Assembly (NCBI GenBank): GCA_951406725.2
Contig: OX597817.1
Coordinates: 129,332,001 to 129,396,000, forward strand
Source: Octopus vulgaris
Taxonomy: Eukaryota
Length of the DNA: 64,000 nucleotides
Reading direction: 5' to 3'
Numbering within the stretch: position 1 is the first letter of the stretch; each line of letters opens with the position of its first letter. Made by a program: the position numbers and the translations under genes. Below are positions 13,977 through 28,305 of this stretch, one piece after another. The notes below the pieces were generated by a model. The model was not told where the DNA came from. It was given only the letters and a program-made list of their open reading frames with translations, and ran no database searches.

Positions 13977-14346
13977 TATATATAAAGTGTAGGAAGAAAT
14001 GGAGCTGAACGAAGATTTAACAAAATTCCTTTTTATTATTTTCTACATATGTTTCGAAGGCTGCAAAGTCCCTAATTCGGATTGAATAAGGAGTCCATTT
14101 TGCAGCCTTCTCTTCAGAAAATTCAGGAACTTAATTCTCCAACAAAATACACAGCAAGCTTTTCGACAATGCTGTGCATTTTGTTGGAGAATTAAGTTCC
14201 TGAATTTTCCTGAAGAGAAGGCTGCAAAATGGACTCCTTCAATCCGAATTAGGGACTTTGCAGCCTTCGAAACATACGTAGAAAATAATAAAGAGGAATT
14301 TTGTTAAATCTTCGTTCAGCTCCATTTCTTCCTACACTTAATATAT
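13977..14346. repeat. ~180-bp-arm near-perfect hairpin (inverted pseudo-LTR pair of a Penelope-like element)
   Basis: aagtgtaggaagaaatggagctgaacgaag…cacagca mirrored by tgctgtg…cttcgttcagctccatttcttcctacactt, with a ~12-nt loop near 14158-14169. Confidence 0.95.
14204..14286 (+). ncRNA. Type I hammerhead ribozyme motif (mirror copy on the minus strand at ~14036-14123)
   Basis: ATTTTC-CTGAAGA-GAAGGCTGCAAA…TTTGCAGCCTTC-GAA-ACATACGT-A-GAAAAT; 12-bp stem II and 6-bp stem I. Confidence 0.82.
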
Positions 14347-14497
14347 AAAACTTCAAATTTCCGCACTAAGGCACGGATTTTATGCCCCATGGTCGTAACT
14401 TCAACCGTGCTTTTTCTGTTGTGATTTTTGCTACCCAGGTATCGGTTATCATTTGAATTATCCGTAATAAGATAATTCATTTATCTACTTCAATAAT

Positions 14498-14569
<72 letters not shown>

Positions 14570-14583
14570 TACAATCATCAATA

Positions 14584-14619
<36 letters not shown>

Positions 14620-14979
14620 TGTATGTATGTGTGTGTATATATATATATAAGTATGTGTGTATGTATGTATATATGTATGTATATATATACACCTTTCAAT
14701 GACGTGTTTGCTATAAAGTCTGCAAATCTGACAGTGGCTTCAAAAGACATTTTATGATCCACAAAGATCAGAACTTATATATACATATATATATGTTCTG
14801 ATCAGAACTTAACTGCAGCTATTGCGTGTCCAAATCAGACATGCAATCTATGTGGTTGACTTTTCAATACATTGTCTAATTTAAAAAGCCACTTCAAACG
14901 CCACAATGATGGATCTAATGTGTAAGTACAAGAGGTATTCTAACTCTGCATAAGGAGTAAATAACCACCATATAGTATA

Positions 14980-15051
<72 letters not shown>

Positions 15052-15065
15052 CATACATACATACA

Positions 15066-15096
<31 letters not shown>

Positions 15097-15099
<3 letters not shown>

Positions 15100-15489
15100 A
15101 TCATATAGGTAATCTCCAATGACAAATTTTCTGACAAAAACTCAAAATAATTTTGGCAGGTGTCCTGCATATTTTGTACATGCAAGTATGTTTCTATTAT
15201 GAGCTTTATTATATTTATATTGTAATTAATATTAAAATTTATACTCATAAAATGCATTCACAATCTTTTAAGGAGACACGTATATCACAGAATTCATATT
15301 CCAGTCTTTGTTTTAATACGTACTTAATGTGCAAATATCAAAATTCATCCGGGATCTCAATTTATACATATGATCTCGTTTAAAATAAAACACCGGCATT
15401 AAATGATTTGTACAAAGATACATGAAGGTGCTTTTTTTAAAGAGAACTACTGGATTACTTGAATCCATATATTGTGATATATATATACA

Positions 15490-15551
<62 letters not shown>

Positions 15552-15569
15552 CCTGTCTATCTACCTATC

Positions 15570-15616
<47 letters not shown>

Positions 15617-15960
15617 ATATATATGTATATACATATATATGTATATATATATTTATACATATACACACACAGTATGATATAGTCTAGGCAATAACCTCAT
15701 AACGTGTATACGAACGCTCCTATAGAGTCACTGGCTATCATATGTCTTTTTACAGCTGAATATTTTCGAAGATTGGATAAACATGTAAAACTCCGCATTT
15801 GTATAGGATTAATATGGGAATTATATAACATTATTCTGTTGTGACTGGGGAGAGTCATTTTCTTTTCGTGCCTTATAATGTAACACACTCACCGGTAAAA
15901 TTTCCACTTGTTTCTAAAATTTTCACTTATTTTCAAGAGTCAAGACTATTGGAAATGTTG

Positions 15961-16049
<89 letters not shown>

Positions 16050-16102
16050 AATAGATAGGTAGACGGATAATTAGATAGATAGTTAAATAGATAGATAGAT
16101 AG

Positions 16103-16199
<97 letters not shown>

Positions 16200-16588
16200 A
16201 ATATATGGATTCAAGTAATCCAGTAGTTCTCATTAAAAATAGCACCTTCATGTATCTTTGTACAAATCATTTAATGCTGGTGTTTTATTTTAAACGAAAT
16301 CATATGTATAAATTGAGATTCCAGATGAATTATGATATTTGCAGAATAAGTACGTATTAAATCAAAGACTGGAATATGAGATAGCATTTGAATTCTGTGA
16401 TATACGTGTCTCATTAAAAGATTGTGAATACATTTTATGAGTATAAATTTTAATATTAATAACAATATAAATATAATAAAGCTCATAATAGAAACATACT
16501 TGCATGTACAAAATATGCAGGACACCTGCCAAAATTATTTCGAGTTTTTGTCAGAAAATTTGTCATTGGAGATAACCTATATGATTAT
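15097..16588. repeat. Long inverted duplication (~550-bp arms including microsatellites, ~290-bp spacer)
   Basis: 15097-15480 matches the reverse complement of ~16190-16588 with few differences; the flanking TA/TCTA/TC tracts are also mirrored. Confidence 0.92.
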
Positions 16589-17059
16589 GTATGCAGGTAT
16601 ATATATCTTTTATGTAACTACATCTATATTGTTAATAATATTAATATTTATATTCATAAAATGTATTTTCCATCTCCTAAGGAAACAACTATAACACGAA
16701 ATGAAAATGGTACCGTATATTCCTATCTTTGTTTTTATACGTACACACACATACACAAGCACATACTCGCAAATACAAGCACACACACACGTGTGTGTTT
16801 GTGTGCATATATATATGTACGTTTATGCGTGTGTGTATACATATATATATATGTATGTATACATGTATGTTTGCATGTATTCTATTTGTATGTATGTATG
16901 TATGTATGTATGAATATATGTATGTACATATGTATGAATGTATGTATGCATGTAGTTGAAAACTGTAGTAGCAATAATACATAGGTATATTAATATTTTT
17001 AACTTCTAATTACAAAATTACCAAAGGCCGAGTTTCAGGGCTCCTCTCTCTCTTTCTCT

Positions 17060-17144
<85 letters not shown>

Positions 17145-17259
17145 AACAAAAAACCCAATAATCCACTGAACTCATTTCCAAATACCTTGACCGCATCCTG
17201 TCCCCTTTGGTTGCTACCCTCCCATCCCACATACATACATAAATACACACACACACACA

Positions 17260-17343
<84 letters not shown>

Positions 17344-19118
17344 TATAATTTTCTGTTTCGTTACCAATTTTCAATATCTTCAATTTCTGTTCGAATTGAT
17401 TTCATATTCTGTGTAATGATATAGTTTTATATGCTAAACAAAGCCATGAAGTTCATTTTCGCCTTACATCAATAACTAAAGAGCTAATAGTTTTAAATTT
17501 CGAAAATTTTGAGTAATTTTAGCCAATCGTAAGACACAGACACATTCATGCCTGTTTCCGTAGCAACAACCAAACATGAGAACTCTTTTGTCTACGAAAA
17601 AGCACGTGTTGACAAATATATTCTATTCATTCAGGTGGTGGTGAAACGCTCTAAATATAACAGCTAAATAGGCCTTAAATCACGCATCCCCAAATTTTTT
17701 GTATTTGTATCGCATAATCGTGTTAATTTTCGTGTGTAGAATAGAAATTACTAAAATCCTTCTGAAATTAAAAAAGAACCCCCAGATATGAGAGGTTATA
17801 TGGCATGCATAAAACAGAAATCTGCCAATATTTCATTTGTTTACAGTTGACAGCACATGCTTTTTTCCGACTGGGTAAAACTGATCAAACTTTAAAACTC
17901 TATAACTATTTTAAAATATATTTTTTTAGAAAAAGTGAAATCGTTCCTGAGATTCAGCTTGGAAAATTCCATTAATACACCAAATTTTAAAATTTTCAAT
18001 AAACTTTGAAATTTCCAGAGTTGCAGTCAAACAGAAAAGATACTTGCTGAGTCATGCACCCCTAAAGTTTCTTGTGCAATTTCAGTTTGTTCTTGGATTT
18101 GTGATGCGCCTTCGTTCTTAGCAAAGTTCCTTGTAGTAATGATCACATGTCATAAATATACTCAAACCAATAACACTAAATCAGCAATAACAATAGTAAC
18201 AGTAATCACAACAATAACAACGTGAATAAGGGAAACAATAGCAGCAACAACAAATAATAACAAACCAACAAGGTAACTTGTAATAAATACCTCGACCTGC
18301 AAAGAGTAGCGGCCGAAATGTGTCTCAAATTACACCATACCATTGTATATATGTCTCACAGGACAATTGAATCTTAACTTGTTTCTAAGAAAATGGAATG
18401 GGCATGGATGGAGTGGCTTTATAAATGGGTCTATTCAAGGAAGACTAACCGAGGTCTAAACAATAACAGAAACAAAATAACAATACCACTTCCGAAAGAT
18501 GGTTCCAAAGAGTCTAAAGTAAACGGCTTGGCTACTTTCTTCAACCTACATATAAAACACTTTGCTGTCTCAACTCTCGGAACCTCAAAAACTTCATCAT
18601 CACCACGACAAAAACTAAATTTTACAATTTAATGCAGATGTTCAGTGAACTGTCATCTTTATTTTCTTTAGAATACGGTGGCTGTCGGAGTTTGGAGTTG
18701 GGGAACGTAATAGGAAGGAAGTGGGTTCATAATTGCCCTTAGCTTAATAGGGGCAGGAGCTGAGGTCATTCTCATGATTACTGTTTACCTCACCCTACAC
18801 CACTATAGATTGTTTGATAATTTATTAATGATACATTGTGTTCATAATTGTCACATATACTGTAAGCTTTCCACCAACACCACCACCATACACAAAGGAC
18901 TAACTTCTTCCCTTCCCTTCTTTTCCCTTCACACCCTACTTCCCTTCATCTCCGTGTATTTGTGTGTGTTTGTGCATGTGTGTCTGTGCGTGTGTACACA
19001 CACGCAGAAACGTTTATATATTAATATATTAATATACATTTATGTAGGTAACTATGTATATAAATATGTGCGTATATATATATATATACATACATACACA
19101 ATAATATAATATAATATA

Positions 19119-19149
<31 letters not shown>

Positions 19150-19173
19150 ATTTATATTTATATTTATATATCT

Positions 19174-19237
<64 letters not shown>

Positions 19238-19436
19238 TTATATTTATATTTATATTTATATACGTCTATCAATTTGTGTTGCAAGATTCCTGATGTGAAA
19301 TCGTGTGTTGAAACATATATTGTTGTATCTCGGGACGGTCACTTTTTTTTTTATTTTGGCCAAATAAATACACGCACTATATATTTGTTCTTCCATAAAT
19401 ATTATCTGTAATTCTGTATTGACTCAAATCTCTCTC

Positions 19437-19503
<67 letters not shown>

Positions 19504-19531
19504 GCATATCTATCTATCTATCTATCCATCC

Positions 19532-19674
<143 letters not shown>

Positions 19675-20006
19675 AGAGAGAGAGAGAGAGATGAAAATCT
19701 ATATAGGTATGTATCTGTGTATGAATGAATACATTTAGAATATATTTATATTAATGTATTTGCACAGAGAGAGACACGCGCGCGTGCACGCACACAAACG
19801 CACAAACACACACGTACACACACACTCACACAAAGACAGCCCCACCCCACACAGAAACACACACAAATACACACGCGTGCACGCACACATACACGCATAC
19901 ATATAAAACCATGTACGTCTTCTTTCTCCCGGTATACCCGACTTATTTTACTTATACAGACTTTTGTCACAGTTTTAATTAATTCTTAATTAGTTATTTC
20001 CCCATC

Positions 20007-20331
20007 GGAGGGCGCGTGGCTTAGTGGTTAGGGCATTCGGCTCATGATCGTAAGGTTGTGAGTTCGATTCCCGGCGACGCGTTGTGTCCTTGAGCAAGAC
20101 ACTTTATTTCACGTTGCTCCAGTCCACTCAGCTGGCAAAAATGAGTTGTACTTGTATTTCAAAGGGTCAGCCTTGTCACTCTCTGTGTCACGCTGATTAT
20201 CCCCGAGAACTACGTTAAGGGTGACACGTGTCTGTGGAATGCTCAGCCATTTGCACGTTAATTTCACGAGCAAGCTGTTCCGTTGATCGTATCAGCTGGG
20301 ACCCTCGTCGTCGTAACCGGCGGAGTCTTTT
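20007..20331 (+). mobile_element. SINE family C (tRNA-like head), tail type 1
   Basis: TGGCTTAGTGG A box, GAGTTCGATTCC B box; near-identical reverse copy at 63198-63521. Confidence 0.9.
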
Positions 20332-20478
20332 TAATTTCCCAATCAAATATGCTCAGGGAAAGTATTTCATGGTATTCAATTGAAAAATATTTTGTTTAGC
20401 CGAATAAAAATATGTCTTGCGAAGTACATCGACACGTAATTTTCTACATTAATAGCCCCTGAATTTTATATACACCCG

Positions 20479-20845
20479 CGTGGCTGTGTTGTAAGAAGCT
20501 TGCTTCACAACTACATGGGTTCATGCTCAGTCTCACGGCGTGACACCTATAGCAAGTGTCTTCTATTGTAGCCTCGGGCCGACCAAGGTTTGTGAGTAGA
20601 TTTGGGAGACGGAAACTGAAAGAAGCCCGTCGTGTATATGTATGTGTGTGTGTGACCGTCGCTTGGCAACCGATGCTGGTGTGTTTACATCCCCGTAACT
20701 CGGGGATGTAAAAGTGACGGATAGAATAAGAACTAGGCTTCCAAAGAATAAGTCCTGAGTCAATTTCTTCGACTAACGCTCTTTAAGGCCTCTCTCCAAC
20801 ATAGCTGCAGTCAAATGACTGAAGCAATTAAAAGAATAAAAGAAT
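20479..20845 (+). mobile_element. SINE family A
   Basis: Colinear with 1861-2285. Confidence 0.82.
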
Positions 20846-20856
20846 ATATATATACA

Positions 20857-22123
20857 CAGGGTGCGTAAGATATGTGAGGACACACCTTTTTGGGTCATTG
20901 CTGCACTTTTTGGTAACTTTGTGTAATCTTTCTTTCAGAAAATAATAATGGCGGACCCTCAGCTTACTCGAGAAATGAAGAGGCATGCTGTTATTGTTGT
21001 TATAAAGGCTGAGTATAGCGATTTAGAAATACCTCGAATTTTAAATGTTGCCAGATCTTTCGTCTACAAAGTTTGTAGGGAGCTAGAGACTGAAACAGGA
21101 AACGTATCACCAGTATCAAAGTATAAAATGCATTCTAAACGCTCTGAAATCATCAGCATACCTGAATTTATCCAGCAAGTTCAGCAGATCATTGATTATA
21201 ATACAATCCCAGAAAGTCCATGAGGTCAATTGCAAAAGATCTCCATGCGTCAGAAGGAACAGCCAGAAATGTTGTCTACGAAGACATCAGATTTAAGTCT
21301 TATATAATGAGGAAAGGTCAATTTGTGAGATAAAGCAAAAGAAAATCACTGCATCAGATCTAAAAGGCTCTTAAACAAACTGAAAAATCCAGCAGAAGAT
21401 TTGATTTGGTTTTTCTCAAACAAGAAAGACTTCGACCAAGATCAAAAAATTAACAGAAGAAATGACAGATTGTTATGTGCACACCCTTTTGATGTTCCAA
21501 GGGTTATGCATACAAAATTTCCTGCAACTGTCATGGTTTTAGGGGTTGTCAGCAATGAAGGACATGAGATGCATCCTTACTTCTTTCCACAAGGCCTTAG
21601 AGTTAACTTTGCCGCCTACATTGAGGTCCTGGAAATAACTGTTAAGCCCTGGATAGACAGTGTATGCAATGGGCGGTCATATGTGTTTCAATAAGACTCT
21701 GCACTATCACACATTGCTCTAGTAACACAGGAATGGATGGTTGAAAATTTTCTTGATCACATAACCCCTAACATCTGGTCTCCTAATTCACCAGATCTCA
21801 ATCCATTGGACTATTACATGTGGAACGTTGTAGAGAGAGATGTCAATGAACACGCCTATAACACCAAGGATTCTTTGAAAGCTACCATAGTCAGAGTAAT
21901 GTTCAAAATGAACCCGCACCACTTGATTCGAACATATACAGGGTTTAGATCTCATATAGAAGCAGTTGTTGAAGCTGCATGTGGCTTTATTGAATAACAT
22001 TAGAGAAAAGAAGGTTTCTTTTTATCCTCATAGCATTTTTGATAAATACAAATATTATCTGTTATTATATATCTGTCTTGTTTTATAAACATAAATCTGT
22101 CCTCAAATATCTTACGCACCCTG
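20857..22123 (+). mobile_element. Full-length Tc1/mariner DD37D (maT) transposon with a disrupted transposase
   Basis: TIRs cagggtgcgtaagatatgtgaggaca / tgtcctcaaatatcttacgcaccctg followed by TA. Motifs WFFSNKKDF…NRRNDR, FQ*DSALSH and WSPNSPDLNPLDYY with 37 residues between D2 and D3. Frameshifts and stops present. Confidence 0.93.
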
Positions 22124-22307
22124 TATATATCTATACAAATGTATGCATGTATGTATGTACATTTGTATCTAAGTATGTATGTATGTTTCTAGGTATGTAC
22201 GTGAGCTGCTACCTGGATATTCACATTCCTATCAAGCGAGATTATTGAGGATCAGAGATGTGAAACACCAACTAGCGACTAACAGAGCTTCAGCATCGAA
22301 GACGAGG

Positions 22308-22368
<61 letters not shown>

Positions 22369-22488
22369 TACAGCTTTTACTACTGGTCAGTTACCTTATC
22401 GGTTGTCGACTAGCGATTTCAACGGTGTTGACACATTACAAATAGAACCGTTTCCGCAAACGTGGCCAACCACCATCTATAGATTTAC

Positions 22489-22544
<56 letters not shown>

Positions 22545-23524
22545 CACAGACACACACAAATACACACACACACTCACTCACACACACACACACATATACA
22601 TATATATATATACATACACATGCTTACAAATGGCAGAAAGGTATTCAATAAATGCTATGGAGTTTGTTTCTTAGGAATATGTCGACGATACTCTAAGCTT
22701 CACGTTAGTTTAAAATAGATGAACCTATGCGTCCGTAACCCAAGTAGCTAGCTTGATTCTCATTGGTCACCATGGATCATATATTTGATGAAGGCAGAGA
22801 TATGATTATTGCTAGCTTTATTGTTATAGTGTATGAGAAAAGCACCAAAGGCATGCATGGAATCAAGAGGTAACTCGACGGTGCTTGCTGAGTCTTTTTG
22901 CCGTAAGTTTCATTCAATAAACCGTTGATTGTTGGTTATATGAAAAATGTTCAGAAAGAAAGTTTTCTGATGACGACAAGCAGATGATATCTGAGATTGA
23001 CCATCTAGTAACACGATTAAGAACATTTCAGTTATGGACTAAAGATTCAGGATCTGTGAAAGTAACCCATGGCTTAGACATCTATACTGAATGTGATCCA
23101 TTTCAATCCCCGAATTTTCATTTGAATTGACAAAATGATACGAAAATTTCCCTATATGTTTTTTATCCAAACGCGCGATGTTTAATGTATTTATCCTGAG
23201 ATTCGATAAGATCTGTGTCCGTGATAACATTTCTTTCAATATTTTCGGTGGTTGTTATAGATGCTCAGTATATCTCTACTTTCGAAACCGGAAATTTTTG
23301 AGTATTCTGATGCGCGTACATTTGCACTAACAGATAGTTGTTGGAGTGATGGTTGTATAAGTGCTGGCTCTAAGTTAATAGAGTTCATAAGATAATTGTT
23401 TATTCTTTCACCATCTCATTTCCTATCCTCGACCTCCGCTTCGTTCTGAAGCATTGTATATTGAGTTCTACACCAGGATATACGTATCACAATGCCTAAG
23501 TGAAATATTAAGCGTATATATATA

Positions 23525-23924
23525 CGCTAAGAGAGACCAATGCGGTCAAAACTACTAAAAATAAACAAAATTTTACCGAATGCAAAACTTCAAAACACAT
23601 CATTTTAAAAAAGAATTCAGTTACATATCACATGTGATTTCGCATTGCGAATAAGCCCGCCATTTTCATAGATATGTAAAGATAAACATTCGTACATGCT
23701 ACGACGAATTCTACGGTTGGCTATCGAGCTTGTAATGTTATGTTTTTTCTTATATTTCTTGAGTTTGTTGCACTGATGAACATGAAATGCATATTCTGCA
23801 TTAAATGCGAAATCACATGTGATATGTAACTGAATTCTTTTTTAAAATGATGTGTTTTGAAGTTTTGCATTCGGTAAAATTTTGTTTATTTTTAGTAGTT
23901 TTGACCGCATTGGTCCCTCTTAGC
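23525..23924. repeat. ~120-bp inverted repeat pair enclosing a ~155-bp spacer with a minimal HHR-like motif
   Basis: 23525-23647 matches the reverse complement of 23804-23924; the spacer holds TGCA-CTGATGA-ACAT-GAAA…TTC-TGCA (23769-23800). Confidence 0.85.
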
Positions 23925-24070
23925 GTGTGGTATCTACGAATAGTAGTACCCTCAATATAATATAAATGAATATTTTCAAAGAGGAAGAATTTACGGATTT
24001 TTTCTCTGACGAGGTTTTTCACGCTGACTACTGATAATTTCTTTTAAAGATTTTATCCTCAATTGTTAAT

Positions 24071-24104
<34 letters not shown>

Positions 24105-24246
24105 ATATATATATATGTATATGCATATGTATGTATATATATGTATATATATACGTATGTATACATGTATGTATATACACTCAAACATACATAGAATATA
24201 CAAGTATGGGTGTGTGTGTGTGTCAAGAATATGAATGGGATTTAAA

Positions 24247-24832
24247 ATTTTAAACCCAATTTGTGTTCTTTTTATACTTACGCTACACCTAGAACCAACC
24301 TCGAGAATGATTTATGAATCTGATACTTAAATATCTATATCATACTACCAACACTTGATACCTCAACTGTTGTTTGATCTCACTGTGAACCCTAGCTTAT
24401 TATTAGCCATTATTGGCGTCCTACATGTTGTTGTACCTAGATTCTATTCAATCCTATAACCAATCTATATTTATTTATCTTTTATATTTTATTTTTTACT
24501 CGTTTCAGGCATTGACTGCAACCTAGCCAGACGTATTGGAGATATCATCTTTTGTATAGTGGTCTTTGAAAATTCCAAAGGAAAATAAATTAAATCTTGC
24601 TTAACTCTTTACCTTTTTATGTCTGTATGCCCAGCGTTTGAGTAAATTGCAAGTAGCTTCTCTATGTAATGTGGTGAGCTAGTCAAATAACAATTTTCTA
24701 CCTCACCACTCTGGTTAAAATCACCTGAAGATGATAGATTTTTGTCATAATGTAATCTGAAAATCCATCAATAAAATGTTGCTAGAACAGCTGTTGTGAA
24801 TTTTAAACCCCCATTTGTGTTTTTTCTAATAC
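24247..24832 (+). mobile_element. PLE-like element with a terminal direct repeat and a degenerate hammerhead
   Basis: aattttaaaccc..atttgtgtt at ~24247 and ~24799. TCAC-CTGAAGA-TGATAGATTTT…AAAATCCATCA…GA-ACAGCTGT-T-GTGA at 24721-24799. Confidence 0.55.
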
Positions 24833-25331
24833 ACATACATACATATATATATAATACATATATATATGTATATGTGTGTGTACATATATATAAAACATTT
24901 ATACATTCATGTATATATGCTTACATATATGATTACGTAAGTACATACATACATGCATATATACATACATATATACATACATATATACATACATATATAC
25001 ATACATACAATGGTATGGATATTGTTCACGATGATTATCCTAACAAATGGTGAGGCTTTTGTGGAAGAGGTTTATTTTTGTATGTTATATATTTAGCAAT
25101 TAAATAATTCTTATCACAAGGTGCTGTTTTCTATTTCACTTGAAACGTCGTATCTAACCTGTGAAAGCTTACAGCCTTTAGAAACTTAATTTCCTTCAAT
25201 GCATCGAATACTAATGATAATAATAATAATATAACATTAATATCACTATATGTACATATGCATTTTATATACGCATATATAATGTACAGTTTATGTGTGT
25301 ATTTATATATACACACATACATTCAACATAC

Positions 25332-25377
<46 letters not shown>

Positions 25378-25871
25378 TATTTACATATATATATACATAC
25401 ATATATATATATATGTATATACATACTTACATACATATGTATATACACGCATACGATGTACATTATATAATTTATATTCTATTGTATATCCGTACATATG
25501 TTTCGAGGTATACGCGAATAATCGTGTATAACATACACAAATAACTGAAATATGTATTAAAAAAAAACATTATATAGAGTAGAAATTCTAGTTTTTGCTA
25601 TAAATCTATTCAAATTTAAAGCATTTTATAATGAAAAAAAAATTTTAATTCCGAGCGGGTTGGTATGTGCGTATTTTCGTTATTGTTGTTCTGCTGTTGT
25701 TCTTCTTGTTCAGATCTCCAAAATGACTAAATAAGTAGATTGTATGAAAATAGAACTCAAACAGATTGGAAAAGACTGGAAAAGCTAATTTCACTCTTAA
25801 CTGAATCTCTCTCGACAAGATTTCCTGAAAGCATCTGCTCAGATTGTTCTCGAACGATATTGAATAATGTC

Positions 25872-25924
25872 ACCACTGTCGATGCCACTGCTGCTGCTAC
25901 CACCACTACCACCACCACCACCAT

Positions 25925-26023
<99 letters not shown>

Positions 26024-26056
26024 TAATAATAATAATAATAATAATAACAATAACAA

Positions 26057-26118
<62 letters not shown>

Positions 26119-26454
26119 TGGTAATGTGGTTGATGTTCATGGTGGTAGTAGTGGTTGTTGTGATGACGATGATGGTGGTATTTGTGGTGGTGATGGTGGT
26201 GGTGTAGGTGGTTGTGGTGATGAGGATAACTTTGGGGAGGAGAAGAAGTACGAGGAGAAGGATGATGATGCTGATGACGTTGATGATGGTGGTGATAATG
26301 TTGGTCATGGTGGGGGTGATGATCATGATGATGATAACAATGATGCTGATGATCACGACGACGAAGAGGAGGTGGAGTATAATATTGAGGACGATGAAAA
26401 TGTTAATGGCGGTGATGATAATGATAAACAGTAACAACAGCTTCTACTACTACC

Positions 26455-26527
<73 letters not shown>

Positions 26528-26528
26528 A
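25872..26528. repeat. Compound trinucleotide array (ACC/ACT/AAT/GAT/GGT)
   Basis: Direct reading. Confidence 0.93.
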
Positions 26529-26801
26529 ATAATTTTGATCTTGTTTCTTTTCATTCTTCGTGTCGACGTTAATATGAAAAAAAAATAACATTGCATTGAA
26601 GATGTTTCAATTTATTCGTGTTTGATGTGAAGATGTTTTGTGAAAGATTAAAGGATTGTTTTCTTTTGTGTCGAATGCTATCATCCTTTGCATTCCAAAT
26701 TTTTCGCCGCCATCACCGTCATCAACGCCATCATCATCATCATTATTATCATCATCCTCTGCACCAGCAGCAGTATCGTCATCATCATCAATATCACCAT
26801 C

Positions 26802-27280
26802 GGCATCTGGCAGAATCGTTAATACGCTGGGCGAAATGTTTCGCGGTATTTCGTCTGCCGCTACGTTCTGAGTTCAAATTCCGCCGAGGTCGACTTTGCC
26901 TTTCATCCTTTTGGGGTCGATTAAATAAGTACCAGTTATGCACTGGGGTCGATAGAATCGACTTAATCCGTTTGTCTGTCCTTGTTTGTGCTCTCTGTGT
27001 TTAGACGGAAAATGAAAGAAACTAGAAGCCATTTGTATATGAGTGTGTATTTGTGCGTGCGCGTGTGTGTGGGGGGGTGTCTCTGTGTGTATGTGTGTGT
27101 GTGTTTGTCCTCCACCACCACTAGACAACCGGTGTTGGTGTTTCTACGTACCCGTAACGTAGCGGTTCGGCAGAAGAGAAGTTAGAATAAGTACCTGGCT
27201 TTAAAACAATACTGGGGTCGGTTCATTCGACTACATATTCTTCAAGGTGGTGTCCCAGCATGATCGCAGTCTAATGAATA
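26802..27280 (+). mobile_element. SINE B fused to the 3' half of SINE A
   Basis: B sequence runs to …tgtgtttag (~27003), then A sequence from tagacggaaa.tgaaagaa. Confidence 0.75.
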
Positions 27281-27328
27281 AATTATTTTTTTAAAAATAG
27301 TATAACAGCGAAATGCTTGTACACTTAA

Positions 27329-27548
27329 ACGAGGGGGTGCTGAAAAGTTCTTGGCTTTAAGGAAATCACGAAAGGACCGGCTGGAAGCCCAACCTTCTGA
27401 GTTCTTTTAGGGGGCTTAGAAAAACTGAAAGACCGCTACAATAAGTTTGTGAATCTGAGACGGGAATATGTCGAATAAAATCATAATTAATTGAGCCTCC
27501 TGTATTTTCTTTTATCCAAAGCCAGGAATTTTTCAGCACCTCCTCATA
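27329..27548 (+). mobile_element. Mariner-derived MITE (internal deletion derivative)
   Basis: TIRs acgagggggtgctgaaaagttcttggcttt / aaagccaggaatttttcagcacctcctcat. The interior encodes a mariner-like C-terminus, GLEKLKDRYNKFVNLRREYVE*. Confidence 0.85.
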
Positions 27549-27779
27549 TATCTCTTTGTTTATTTTTGCAAGTTAAGGCGCACTAGCCCTCTAGCAATAG
27601 CTTGCTGTCTAAATGGTTCATAGATAAGTATTCAGTCGTCCGTTTCTTTTTAATATTAATGAAATCAAATAAACGCGGATGTGTGCTTGACTAACAGAAA
27701 CAAACTATGACGTTATCGAGAGACTCCGATTGGGCTACAAGATACTTTATTTAATATGTAAATTGTTATTAAGATAGCA

Positions 27780-28305
27780 ATCTGCCAGAATCGTTATCGC
27801 GACGGACAAAATGCTTAGCGGTATTTCGGTTGCCGTTACGTTCTGAGTTCAAATTACGCCGAGGTCGACTTTGCCTTTCATCCTTTCGGGGTCAATTAAA
27901 TAAGTACCAGTTACGCACTGGGGTCGATATAATCGACTTAATCCGTTTGTCTGTCCTTGTTTGTCCTCTCTGTGTTTAGCACCTTGTGGGTAGTAAAGAA
28001 ATAGGTATTTCGTCTGCCGCTACGTTCTGAGTTCAAATTCCGCCGAGGTCGACTTTGCCTTTCATCCTTTCGGGGTCGATTAAATAAGTACCAGTTACGC
28101 ACTGGGGTCGATATAATGGACTTAATCCGTTTGTCTGTCCTTGTTTGTCCCCTTCTGTGTTTAGCCCCTTGTGGGTAGTAAAGAAATAGGTATTTTGTCT
28201 GTTTTACGTTCTGAGTTTAAATTCCGCCGAGGTCGACTTTGCCTTTCAACCTTTCGGGTCGATAAAAAAAGTTAACAGTTGAGCCCTGGGGGCAGTGTAA
28301 TTGAT
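27780..28305 (+). mobile_element. SINE family B head-to-tail trimer
   Basis: Three consecutive cores joined at …gtaaagaaata|ggtattt.gtctg. Confidence 0.88.

Noticed and set aside
17350-18030. Possible degraded DNA transposon
   Set aside because: Looks repeat-like, but I could not identify termini or coding motifs.
20007-20085. tRNA genes at SINE heads (also 39693, 45808, 56277)
   Set aside because: No complete acceptor stem or terminator; each continues into SINE body.
25740-26588. Poly-T/N/D ORFs
   Set aside because: Trinucleotide arrays with no domain or splice support.
27780-28305. CRISPR-like or satellite array
   Set aside because: Eukaryotic SINE multimer with no repeat-spacer structure.
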